Assembly: GCA_003344405.1 (NCBI GenBank)
Contig: NOWV01000023.1
Span: 310,001-374,000, forward strand
Direction of reading: 5' to 3'
DNA from: Trichoplax sp. H2
Taxonomy: Eukaryota
DNA length: 64,000 bases
The position numbers and the translations under genes are program-made. The notes under the pieces were generated by a model. It worked only from the letters and a program-made list of their open reading frames with translations. It did no database searches and was not told the DNA's origin. This document shows positions 35,659 to 49,500 of the stretch, piece after piece (position 1 is the stretch's first letter; each line of letters opens with the position of its first letter).

Positions 35659-38600
35659 CGATTGAGCTGGAGATTACATTGTCCAATCCCTCCCTAATAA
35701 AAAGGGATCGAGAGGGATAGAGCGAGCAATTGCTTACTTGTTATTACGCCAAGGGTTCCTCTCCATTTTCAACACTTTCACTCCACATTCAACTGGACGC
35801 CAATAGATAATCCAGCAAATGCGCTGGATAATCATGCTTTCTGTAGTAATTGTCTTGATGGATAGGACAATCAATAACAAACGGATCGACGATCATTTGT
35901 CATCAATCGCATCATTTTGCATCCATGGACGGTGGGCTACTGGACTAGCCATCAACTACTTTGTTGACAGTCAAATCGATCAACCGATGCAATTCTCCTA
36001 CTACAAAGTCATTTTCTCCATTTCAGCATGGATTAAAATACTGCATCATTGTAGGCGTAGAGTATCGTCTAGTGAGCAGGATTTTCATAAAGGGATTGTA
36101 TTGGCAGTCAGGTGCTGATCATGATATGCAATTCATCATCACCAATCGACAACGGTCTACTGGCTGTAGACAACATTCTGCCATTCATAGATTACACTTT
36201 ACAATAACTTCACAAGAAAAAGAAATATCCATCCTGTCTACCACTACTGTCATCATGATACATAATGAACGCAGTGATGTAGTTTTCTTGACAGTGTAAA
36301 CTACAGATATCAAAGAGGGGGAAAAAAATGACTAGTAAAGGGCGCACTCCAACATTTTTTTCTTTTACCTTGATGCCATCAACAATGTTAAATCAGTAGC
36401 GTTAAAACTAGGTGCAATAGATACCTCGCCTAAATCTCTCTAGGGTAGCGATCCCCTGCTATGAAAACAATCCACGGACTGCTTAATCAATAAAATTACA
36501 TTGATTGCAATTTGCATCACAGAAATATTTTTCTTAATATCAACTACTTCTGATAGCAAGGACTATAATGACAACAGCTAAAATGCAACCCAATACACAC
36601 AAGTGGATAGCCATCTCATCATGACTGTGGTATACCATTTCTTTTTTGCGGACTAGTCCGCCAATATAAAAAAAAAATACATTAACGAATAACCGCTCTC
36701 CACAGTGGAAGTTCTACGCCCACAGTTAGAAATATCAATAGTTCTGTTTATTTTTAATTAATCTATTCATGGAATAAAACGTAAAGAGTCCTCCATGAAA
36801 TAACTTGGTTTTCGCTTGGTTATTACCCTACTGTAGAATAAAGTCTGTATGGATCAACTCTGATTCACTGTAGGATCTAGCATTGGCTTAATAGTTAGTT
36901 TGTCTTGCAAACGTTGCGGCTATATCAATCAATTATGTAATTATGAATTAGTAACAAAATATGCAATACGTAAGGCAATGTAGCGATCGGACTCATGACC
37001 GCCCAAGCCAATAAGTGCAATAGAACTAGATAGCATGGAAAAACCAGCTTACAACTACAGTATTGAATGAACGAGTCTTGTGGATGCTAATCGTTGCAGT
37101 CGTCCATTAGAGGCAGAAATAGCCACATCCATTCTCCGATTGGTAATCATAAAAGGCATGATCGACTACTGTACTCCTATAACAAGCCTCGTGTTCATAA
37201 ATTCAACATGATATGGTCTAGGTAAAGGATAGCAAATACTATAAATCCAATGGCGTTGTTATTCAATTTGAATAATGAGATGAAACAATAAACAAATTTG
37301 AATACATTTCCACTAATAAATATTTTGTTAATTTTAAAATTATTATGATATTATGCAATTGTATAAACGAAATTGAGATTGGACATAATACGTGTTGGAT
37401 AGACAAAAAAAAAAAAAAAGTGTTCAATTGAATACGCAGTTATTATTCAACATTTCCACACCGTCTCTTCGTAGACTACTAACGACTAGACTGCAAGTGC
37501 AAATACAAAACCTTCAACTAGGGTGTATTTTAAAATTATCCATCGCACAGTGTTGTCATGGAGCTTCGTGTGGTTGAAAATTTTCTATTGGTGATCTACG
37601 TAGTTCAAACACAACGACTGTTTTGATATCGACAAACACGCCCTATTGATCACGTTCGGTTTATTTATTCGCCTAATTAGAAAAATAATCAATTCAATCT
37701 GAGTTAAAAATGACATTAACTCGGTACCTTATTTGCTTAATGATCAACCGATAAAGCGATGCCCTTTAAAGCTAGAGATAATCTTATTCTTACTGTAGAT
37801 TGGCTAAAGAGAGCTATTTTTGCAATTTACGGTACGCCATGCTGTCTCTTCCTAAATCTATAGTCTTTGACTCAAGTAATCTGTACCATGCTTTGACAGC
37901 CTATCGATGACGAATCGGTCTACGTGTTTATCTGCTATAGCAATAATTCAATTAGAATTGATGGCATTATGACAGTGAAAATAGGATGGAAGGTTGAGTA
38001 GTATTAACAGAGCGATATAAGAGCGCTATTGGATGATGACTCTCCTAAATTACTCACTGACCAGTGTCTTCAATGAACTTCTACTGGTCACAAATCCTAC
38101 GTTACCCCTATTTTGATATTTTTTTTTCTATAGTTACAAATATTGCAGATAGGTTAGAAGGAATATCTCTCTATTCTGCTGTAGCGACTGTACTTAAGTT
38201 AGTAGAAATACCATTTCTGATGAAAATAGCATACATTGCCTGAGATGCTGTAGTACTTGCACGGCTTCAATAAAATCTCATCGAGTTTGTATGAAATGGC
38301 TCATTGATTCGCGATAGCTTTTGAGTAGCAATACTTACTAACTCTTTGAAATATTTAGACACGGACTCAGTAAGATAGCATACTGGGTTGAAAGATGCGA
38401 AAGTTGCTTGGTTCTATTTTTTACGCAACAGTTTTACCTAGCGGTAGTGGAAACCTCTTAAAGTCATAACTTGAACTAGTGCGTTAACTATTCAAGTATA
38501 ATTAATGTTTGGTATAGTGACATACTAGATAATGAATGATAGCAGCGTGTACCGTTAATTTAAAATGGAATATTACATAGGATGAGTAGTTTAGTAATAA

Positions 38601-41600
38601 AATGGCTATAATTGGTAATAAAGTAGACGCGTATAACCTTGTTACTCGATATCTTCGAGGATAGCAATAGATTCAATCGAATGTCCTATTTCTTGATTAG
38701 TAGTATTGATTTCTTTAGTAGCGTGGTCGAGACATCTTGATGTCATAACTTCAACTTCAGTATTACGTTTTCATTCAAGTAAAATTTGTATGTGGTATGA
38801 TATTATACTCGATAATCAAGGACTGCATATGTCCTCTAAATACAAACTGTAGTTTGAAATATTCAGTATGAAGATGGCTTTCATTTTTGAATAGTGTTAT
38901 AGAAGCTTGTTCCTTGCTACTCGCTACCTTCTGCAGTTGTAGTCAGCGGTTATAATCCAAGATACAAGAGTACGAAAGGGTTAAACTCTATTTCTTTCAA
39001 GTACTATAAAAGGTGCATTATCGTACTTAATAACAAGAATGAATCGTTCAACATGTGCCATGTTTGTACTATGCAATCGGATAGGATTGACAGTCTAGAT
39101 AATGTGAAATATTGTTTCTGAACATCCGTAATAGAAAGACTAAAATTAAATTGATGTTGTTATAGGTACGGTCGTTTTGGTGAAAATTCGGCATTATTGA
39201 TGTTTCGTTAGGGGGAGTTATTAGAATTATTCTACCGTATGTATCTACATCACTGATGGCGAATAAGCCTAGCAAAAGAATCATTCCATTGGGAAAGGTC
39301 AGGCAATTGTTTTACAGGAAATCATCTCGATGCGGTAAGTACAGGGAATAGGATCCGCAAGGGCATGGAAATTGTAAGGTAAAAGTGTCTTTGGATGTAA
39401 TCCATTGAAAACTTTTAATAGCATTAGGAGTCGCGGCATCATAGGGGATTGCAATGTCCATCAAATAGGTAAATAATAATTAATTAATATATTATTAATG
39501 GATGGGCTCAAAGTAACTTGGTAACTGCATTATTAGTGACTATATTTAGGAATTACGGTATTATTTTCATATATTATTTGTGGTCCCTGCTGTACAGTAT
39601 TTTCATATTATGATATTGACAGGGGTAAAGTCATCATTGTACCTAGTAAAAATGTATTGATTTCCTTTCTATGTTAAACAGTGAGTAACATCATTGACGC
39701 TGTGAATGTCTTTTTCAAAGTAATGTAATACATGTACATTGTACAAGGATATTCTGTTAGTACTTTACTGTGTTAATGAAGAAAAAAGAATTTCCTATCT
39801 AGCGACAGCGTCGAATAGTCACTTGTGCTTTATAAAGTAATTGCAAATGATGACGGCTGGTAGAATGCAATAATGTCATTATGCCATTGATGCTGATTAA
39901 AACCCTATTGACTGCAATCCTGCTGTTTATCATTTTTTTTCACCGATTTGGGTCGGTTGTTTATTGTCGAGTGTGACTTCAAAAAGTAGAATTAGTATTG
40001 CTTGTAAAACTGTTCCCTTTTTTGACCTAGGTTTTGATTTGTCTAACTCTATCGAGGACGATTTACCTTCAGCCTACAACTGTTTACTTTGTTACAATAA
40101 TATCTACGATTTATCTTGATAAATATCATCGAAGAAGAAGATACTAGCGCAATTTTACAATCAAACCTTCCACTATTTTCCAACAATCTTATTCTTTTAA
40201 TATTAATTAGCGGCTGCACTATAAAGAGACGAATGTAGGTTTTACAAAGGCTTCATTAAAGTTGAAAAGAATAAGCTGCCGCATCTCTAATAGAAAGCGT
40301 CGAGTAGACGAGAAGAGAACGCTTTAATCCTTTCGTAGATTTACGATATTGCTATCGCGCTATACAACCCATTTTCAGAGTAACACAATCAGAAATGCAA
40401 AGCGCCACTCGTATCGCTCTGTAGCTAATTTCTCTGTTATTTTCATATACTAGATGATCGATGCCTATCTATCTGTACATTAGTTCATTCCGGCGAGTAA
40501 TATCAGCTATTGAATCTGCATAGAATATACCATATCACGGCATTAATGAACTCTCGGCTAATTACTTCAAGTTGTGCATTATTTGTCCTGTTTCGTACAT
40601 TTACCCTTCATGCTCACATTGTTTATTGATATTGGCCATTAATAAGGCGAATGAATTGCCTATAGCTCTCTGTGTAAGTATTATTCTTTATGTTTCATCC
40701 ATCTTATTCGTATTGCTTATATTATTGATGGGCACGATTTGTATAGCAGTATCTCGAAGTATTGTCCTTCCAATATCGTAAATTACCCATCCTATTCGTA
40801 TTGCTTATTGACATTTATAGGAGATTGCTATGGAGAATTAATTTGCCTATACAGTAGGTCTCATAATATAATTATGATTGTCCTTATTACTCAATTAACG
40901 ACAGCAAATAGGATTGAACAATACGTCATGAACATATGCTCCATTTCTCATCAATGCGATGGCCGCGCCAACAATTGGCCAGGCGCAGCTAGCCATCCTA
41001 GATTAGCTTTTGTAATGTTATATTTGTGGGCCTTACCCAAGATTTGTGGAATTGAAATTGTCTCTTCCTATTACAATAGTAGAGTGCTGGAAAAAGGAAG
41101 AAGTGCATGATGACCTTATGAGATGACTAAATTCACTCATCATATTGTTGACTTGCTGAAATTTTAGTGCATTCGCCATCACTGCTTACTTGTATCCTTG
41201 AGGCAGAGGTGACTAAACTATAATATATTCATGCAAATACGATCGCGCTACTCACCACATGTAAAATAGTCCATGCAATTTTATGCAAAAGTGTATCATG
41301 ACTTCTTCAACAATGAGTAGGTTGAATGAGAGAGTGGGTTCGTTGTTGGATAGCGCAATTTAAGTTTTATTGTATCAAGAATGGGGTCATGAGGTCGTTT
41401 TGCAATATACTGTACAATGGTGGATAATGCGAATCATGCAATATTGGCTTTACGTGGTTGGAAATGGCATCGTTTTAACAATTTTTGAAAGGTGTTTGGA
41501 CAAGCATGCAATTGGCTCATGCTCGCATGATTGCTGTAAACGTAACGAATTGATTGGATTTATTAACGCACTGTATATCATGCTATCCGAAGGAAAAAGA

Positions 41601-42679
41601 TGCTAGTCATGATATCAATTTCATCATGAAAATGGCCATGATTCTTGTTGTTATGGAGGGTATTTTCTTCACCAGGAATATGAATGAAATTGACTGCACC
41701 GCTGTTACGGTCTATTCAACTATTTGATGTGTTTGTACTCGCTGTTCCAATTGGATATTGATATCAAACCAAGGTTGTCCATGACTGTAGTACAGGTTAT
41801 TTCAAATATCTGCTTTCACAGCATCCAACGACGTAAGATGAGGTCAATTAAAGAAATGCATTGAAACATGGATGATGGGGGTATTGGCCAACTGGAGACC
41901 ATAGTGTAACTTTATGGATAGAAAAAGTATACCATGGAACAATGCGCACTGTATGTGCAACGCAACATCATGAATAGCATTTGTACACACTCGTCGACAA
42001 CGACATTGTCGAATGGTGGGTGAATGGAATCTATTTAATATGTTCGATTTAATGGATGGGCCTTGTTCATTTAGTCTTTTATGCATGCTAGTGTTGTTGT
42101 AGGCCATTCTCCAATGTCGCAAGACTGTGATACTTCTATGTATCCTACTAGGATCAACCGATGAGTATCGTCGAGTGGTTAGCACTTTGACTTTGATAAT
42201 GTACGAGTACGCATTTCTTCTTGTCCGATCTAGCGAATACGCTGACCGTGTTGATTTATTGCTCTTCAACTTGTTTGTAGAATAGTATGTTGAGCAAGCT
42301 ATATGGGCCATGTAGGCAATATCGTTAGCAACAACAAGCAGATTATTTGCAACTGCTGATGAATGAAGCCATGACCGTATTCCTTGATGATACTGGTAGT
42401 TTACCAATACTTGCAGTTTGAACTCCTATCCGTGTCAATGCTGTCTAGACACTGTTATCGACTGTATTGTCCAGTGCAATGTGCTAAAGTAGACAGTAGC
42501 GTCGTCGTTTGGTGATTGGACTCCATTTGGATTGCTTGGCGACTGTCTCGTGTGTGGTGTTATTCCAGTTTGCATCTTCTTTACTGGGAAATGGTTGCAC
42601 AGTTTTCATCTTGCCCAATCGCAAATCGCTGCCATTTTCTACCACAGTCGAGTACAACTATCGCAGATGGGTGAAATGA

Positions 42680-43050
42680 GTTGCGCAATGGCCGATTAGT
42701 ACAGTGCAGTGAGCTGTTTAATGTACCGTGTACAGTCTACAGTACAGTACAGTACAGTACTGTAGACTGTCGAGTGGGGCATACTGTACTGTACAGTACG
42801 AGCGAGGGTGATGCGCGTTGGTGTCCGTGACAGTGAGGTCGTGGTCAGGTGTTGGATACGTGTTGCCAACGTCAGGTGCGGTTGACTCTCGGTGCGACTC
42901 AGTCGGCATACGGTCACCAATATGGGGTCGTGTCGAGTCTAGTGTCGCCAGTGTAGTATGACCTGTACGGACGCCTCTTATCAAAGCGCTTCAACCCAAC
43001 ATGAGACACGATCGCCCTCGATCACCAGCGAGACTCATGTTTGGGTAGTC
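42680..43050. promoter_or_regulatory. CpG/GC-richer putative promoter upstream of KIF21
   Basis: TTGCGCAA at 42681, GTACA repeats at 42699-42800, then a CG-dinucleotide-rich stretch. Same layout as the RPL12/SCNM1 promoter. Confidence 0.5.
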
Positions 43051-43183
43051 CACTAGTGTACTGTATCAGATGGGCAGGTTCTATAACCAAAGCAATCCAC
43101 TGAGAAGAAAATCCATTTCACTGGGAATTTCAATGGCAGAGAAGAAGTTCAGGATGCCACCACCATTTCCACTAACTCCATTG

Positions 43184-43576
43184 GCCATTTTGCTTGAAGA
43201 TTAATCGGGTGGTGGAGGAGAAGAGTTGCTCGACCACTTTACTTGAAGATTGATCGAGTGGTGGAGGAGAAGAGTTGCTCAACCATTTTACTTGAAGATT
43301 AATCGAGTGGTGGAGGAGAAGAGTTGCTCAACCATTTTACTTGAAGATTAATCGAGTGGTGGAGGAGAAGAGTTGCTCAACCATTTTACTTGAAGATTGA
43401 TCGAGTGGTGGAGGAGAAGAGTTGCTCAACCATTTTATGTGAAGATTGATCGGGTGGTCGAGGAGAAGAGTTGCTCAACCATTTTATGTGAAGATTGATC
43501 GGGTGGTGGAGGAGAAGAGTTGCTCGACCATTTTACTTGAAGATTGATCGGGTGGTGGAGGAGAAGAGTTGCTCAA
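43184..43576. repeat. Minisatellite, 49 bp x8, ending ~20 nt before the KIF21 ATG
   Basis: gaagatt(a/g)atcg(a/g)gtggtggaggagaagagttgctc at 43196, 43245, 43294, 43343, 43392, 43441, 43490 and 43539. Confidence 0.96.
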
Positions 43577-43595
43577 TTGTGGTATCCGTGTCGCT

Positions 43596-46500
43596 ATGAC
43601 TAGTAAAGACGATGGCAGTGTTTCTGTCCGTGTTGCAGTCAGGTAAGTCTGCATGATGTTGTCCCACAGTCGATCGCCGCTTATCCATCCTCTAATTCGA
43701 TTAGGATAACAATACACAAATCAAGAAATCACTTGTATTCAATTCAATATGATTTCCATTTCTCCACGATCGATCTTGTTATGGATACTTGAGCAACAAC
43801 ATGATCCATTCAACAACATCAGTTATTACTTCATTTCCATACCAGTTCATCATCACAGTTCTCTCTTACTTCATGGCACTGCAAAATCGATCGATCAGTC
43901 CTTTTATTATCATCCATTTGAGCCCCAATTCAAAATCACCATCCATGATCTCACTGCTTCAATAATATGCTGATATTGTAAGAAGGAAGGAGGTCAACAA
44001 ATACGCTCGATTGCACTGTAAAATAGATCCATAAATACGTGAATCAAATGACCATCCATAATCTCACTACTTCAATAACATGCTGATATTGTAAAAAGGA
44101 AGGAGGTCAACAAATACAGCCCTCTCTCTTCCTCCATTGCACTGTCAAAGAGATCGATCAATACTTTTATCATCATCGATTCGACCCCAAATTAAATTAC
44201 CATCCATTATCTCACTGGTTCCATAGGATGGCCACATTGTCAGAAAGAATAAGGTCAACAAATACACTCGATCGATAACTACTTTTATCATCATCCATTC
44301 GACCCCAAATCAAATTACCATCCATCATCTCACTGGTTCATTAGGATGGTCACATTGTAAGAAGGAATGAGATCAAGAAATGCAGAGGGGTTTGCTAGTT
44401 GTTAGAATAGTCCAATCCTACATTCAAGCAACCATGCCCATAGTAATTTCAGCCAATAATACTAGGATTCCTCCCCCCCAAAAATGAAACTATCATCATG
44501 GACCAAAACCACAGGATGGCTAGGCTTGTCAATGAACTAGTTTAGTAAGTGATTGACCCAAGATGGGATAGCCTAAAATGCCTATTCAATACTGTGTAGA
44601 AAGTCATTCTCTTGCTAAATTGGATGATTTGACCTTGGTAAATCCTTGCCATTTGTCATCATCACCATTGCAGTCATTGTAAACAAATAACAGCCAATAA
44701 CGTCGACATACGCGCCTGTACTGCCATCAAATTGGCGTCCCAGTAAATGCTGCTTACCATTCGGTGCTATAAAATTCCACGTTTACCTTCATATCCGTCC
44801 ATGGAAATGAAATGTACTTTAAAAAAAAATAATCAAGGCTTCCATTTGCAATCCCACCCTATGTCTTATGCGTGAGTAAAGTGACAAGCCCCTAACAGCT
44901 TGAAAAAGACTTGATAATTCTAACACCAATTTCTTGTTTTTGCCCATTTATTTCTTACTTCAGTACAGTAGGACAGGCTTAAACCTTCCACAGTTATTGG
45001 ACAGTAAGATATTGAAACGTTGATGGTGTGCGATCTCCATCAAAGAGTAGAAGCAATACATTATGTCTAGATTCTCTCCCCTTGATCAACTATTTTCACT
45101 TTACAAGGGCTAGATATCGACTAGCCATAGACCCTTACACTAGACGTATCAACGCCAATCAAGAAGAAATGATCATGTAAAATGGATGCTGCTGCTTCCA
45201 TACAAGTCAGAGTCAATCTGGTATCGTAGATTGGATCCGTCTTCATTTTATTCCTTTTTTTCCCCTTCCCCCGGATTGAGCCTTCTTCAACGATAAATGA
45301 TCTCGCTATCCAGTGGCTGCAGATGCGACTAGACAGCACAGCAAGGATAAGCCAACAAACAGTAGTGTCGTACGAGTATTTTTCTATTCTGTCTGCTATC
45401 CATTTTTTAGCCAGTGGAGAAGGAAGTGGTTACATAAGAAAAAATAAGTTTGTTCATTGCCAAACATAAATCGATTGTAATTTAGCTTTATGACAGGTCG
45501 AATTGTACTGTAGATGGCTACCTAGAAAAGGTCTTTGTTAGTAATGGCCCAATTAGTAGGATATTGAGTCAGTGATATTGCAAGAGCAAATTGACTTGAC
45601 TCGAGCACATTACCTTATCTTGTTCAATTTAAAATGGTGTTAAAATAAACGATTGTAATCAACTCAATAACCATAGAATCGATAGCCTTGATAGCCCTAC
45701 AAATACAGAGAAGTGTATTCTTTTCAATAAAGATCCATTTCTTGAATCGTACTTCCCCCATTGATAGTTGATACAATAGTAAAGTATCAATGATAGCCTC
45801 AAGGGAATACTGTATTTTCCTCTTCAATCTCCTATCCAATAAACTTGCTGTAAATGCCAATGTTCAACATCGCTATCCGATGTTAAACGACGGTATTTTT
45901 TTACACCAAAGAATGGTAGTTGAATCATTTTTGTCCACTACTCCGTTGGTGGATACATTTAGCTCATTTTATTTTCAATAAATTAACCTCCTTTCCATTG
46001 CAGTACAATGGAGAATAATTTACATGCAACTAGACTACCGTCATGGAGAACTTGTATAGGAAATATCTCATTGAGTACGACAATAAATTGGATGATTATT
46101 TATCCACGATAGTCTATGCTCGTAGAGTCAAAATCAACTCGATGCGATTGCACGTGCATACTTAGATAATGTGAATTAATAACAAGTAAAGTTCAATTTT
46201 AGTCATGATACATTTCCATCGAAGTGATCAACACCAAAGCATCCTTTCCCCTTTCTCTCTGTAACACTTACTGGCATCAAAATCCAGACTAGTACCCCTA
46301 TTTTCCTTCATACGTGTCCAATTGAAATCCGTGATGGAATGTTACAAGAAATGAATTCGATCAAGAAGGTTAATAACAAGTAAAATTCAATTTTAGTGAT
46401 GATACATTTCCATCGAAGTGATCAACACCCAAGCACCCCCTTTCTCTCTGTAACACTTACTGGCATCAAAATCCAGACTAGTACTCCTATTTTCCTTCAT

Positions 46501-49500
46501 ACGTATCCAATTGAAACCCGTGATGGTATGATAAAAGGAATGAATTCGATCAAGAAGGTTAATAACAAGTAAAATTCAATTTTAGTGATGATACATTTCC
46601 ATCGAAGTGATCAACACCAAAGCACCCCCCCCTTCCTCTCTGTAGCACTCACTGGCATCAATATCCAGACTAGTATTCCTATTTTCCTTCATACGTGTCC
46701 AATTGAAATCCATGATGGAATGATAGAAGAAATAAATTCGATTAAGAAGGATTACCAACAAAAACTATTTGTAATTTAAAATTCCGTATTCATAGTATCC
46801 CCTTACATCATGAAATCTTGTTACAGAATTGGCTACACTTTATCACATTAGCCATCTTAACAAGTCGAAAAGAAACATCATAATAACATAGTAGTTGTTA
46901 ATAGCAACTTTGGAGATGATGAGGTATCATTTCAAGATGGTCCAATCAATTTCCTTCCCCGTAAGTGGCCAACACTACTTTAAAGGACTTATTTAACTTA
47001 TCACATCTTGACAGCTTTTAATGATCTCTGTGTACACTACGATTATGAGAAAGTTCATTGATAGGCTAAAATGCGACACAGATTGATTCATTTGTATTCA
47101 ATGTCTTACTTAGGATACGTCCTCAAAATGCCAGAGAGAAACTGGATATGTGTAGGAAATGTGTAACATGTTATGCTGATCAATTTCAAGTGGTATTGGG
47201 CAAAGACAAAGCTTTTACCTATGATTTTGTTTTCGATGAAAACATCTGTCAACAGCAGATATATGATACTTGTGTTGAATCTTTAATCGAAAGGTAATAC
47301 TTTAATAAATTTCCTCAAGGAGTCCTTTTAGGAATTTATTCGTTGTCCATGATAGAGTTGAGAAATTTTTTCTCCCAATGGTGGATAATTAATACTTCTT
47401 ATTACCAAGTATATTCTAATAATGAATTGACTCTTATCCGTGTGTCTCAACAAATCTACTTCATTATGCTAGTTGCTTTGATGGCTACAATGCTACAGTC
47501 CTTGCTTATGGACAGGTAATCCAACAACACTGATTATTATTCGTTATCATGTTGAATTCTGATTTTCATTCTATACATGTTCAACATTTTAAATAGCTAG
47601 ATAATAATTATACTTGTATAGTTTTAGAATCTTTAGTAAATCATTGAATGCTTACTATCCGTGACCGATATCTACTCACTTTTTTTTTAAAGACTGGATC
47701 TGGTAAAACGTATTCTATGGGAACAGCTTTTGATGTCAACGTTGATCCGGAAATTGAAGGTAAAATTGAAATAGTATTCCATTTTATATCTTTTCTGTCC
47801 TATCGTTTCATAATGAATGGCATACTATCATACTAGCAATGATGACCATCAATTGTCATTAGCTATAAAGTAATAGCTTATTATTTCTGAAGAGCTTCCA
47901 TTTTAAAATTAGTGGCTAAAATTGAGTCATCGATTAAACTAGAGGTTGTAATATTTCATTATAAGCTTACGGTATACAAGCATATTTCCACAATCAATTA
48001 CTGATCCATTTCATTGAAAAATTTTAGGGATAATACCGCGAGCTGTTAATAATTTATTTAATGGCATAAATATTAGAAAACAAAAAGCAGCTGAAGAAAA
48101 CTTACCTTCACCCGAATTTAATGTTACCGCTCAATTTTTAGAGCTATATAATGAAGAAATTATTGATTTACTTAGTACGACTAGGAATATCGAACCTAAG
48201 GTATGTCTACTATTGATTTCCTTTCCATGTACAAATATCTTTTTGTGTTTATGATGGATGTTTCATGTTTTAATGACATTGTCCCCCGTCCTTTTACATA
48301 AAAGTGTAATAGAGCCTCATTTCTCAATACTGATTGCATCGATTTATTACATTAATTGTAGGTTAAGAAAAATTTAAAGATACACGAAAGTCAAGATGGA
48401 GATATTTATGTTGCAGGTGCTACCTCAAGAACAGTGACATCTCCAGATGATACAGCGAAGTGCCTCCAAGATGGTACCTTGCTACGCACCACTGCTAGTA
48501 CCAATATGAATGCTCAATCCTCCCGTTCGCATGCTATTTTTACAATCAGCATAAGGCAGACAAGATTCGTAAAAGTATGATCAATACTGATAATAGGATG
48601 CCTAATTATATTATTATTAATTACAATAGCTTATTGAGCAAAAAATATAGTTCTGTATATAACGATAATAGTATGTTACTTCAGAAAAGGTAATAAAAAA
48701 AATTTTAGCTGAAAAAAATGTTGCCATTTTCATGATTGCTTCTACGTATGTTTGTTAATAGACAATAGAACAATCTGACGAATTAGAAAGTATCAGTGCC
48801 AAATTCCACTTTGTAGATTTGGCAGGTTCAGAAAGATTAAAACGTACTGGAGCAACTGGCGATCGCGCTAAGGAAGGAATATCGATAAATTGCGGATTGG
48901 TAAACATTGCATGAATAAATTGTCATTTAATCGTACAAACTTTATTATCAATTCAATAGTAACAGAATCGTTTCGATCAATACTGAATTTGAAACAATAT
49001 TTTAGCTCTCGCTTGGAAATGTCATAAGTGCTCTAGGAGATCAATCGAAAAAGGCAACTCATGTTCCATATCGCGATTCAAAACTGACAAGATTTCTACA
49101 AGATTCATTGGGTGGTAACAGTCGAACTTTGATGATTGCCTGTGCAAGCCCTTCAGATTGCGATTTCATGGAAACGCTGAATACATTAAAATACGCGAAT
49201 AGGGCTCGCAATATTAAAAATAAGGTTATATATTAGCTCGTTGAATATTTAGCAAACTATAAATATAGACTGTCGATTTTCCTATAGATACACAGTTATT
49301 GCCTGCCACAAAAGTGGTACTTTCCATGCAAACGTCTAATTATCGTTGGATAATAAATACCAAAATTGATCTCAACTATTTCTTTTACTGGTTATCATAG
49401 GTTGTGGTAAATCAAGATCAGGCTTCAAAACAAATAGCAGCTCTACGTGCTGAATTGCAACAGTTACGAATTGAAGTCATGGAATATCGCCAAGGGAAAA

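Noticed and set aside
36648..36661. 14-bp palindrome gcggactagtccgc
   Set aside because: Isolated, with no second copy or supporting context.
39318..39334. 17-nt micro-exon-like segment (ttttacag...gtaagt) on the + strand
   Set aside because: No host gene or partner exons were identified; it is plausible by chance.
43184..43576. CRISPR-like regular array
   Set aside because: The units are contiguous near-identical copies with no unique spacers, there are no cas genes, and the context is eukaryotic.
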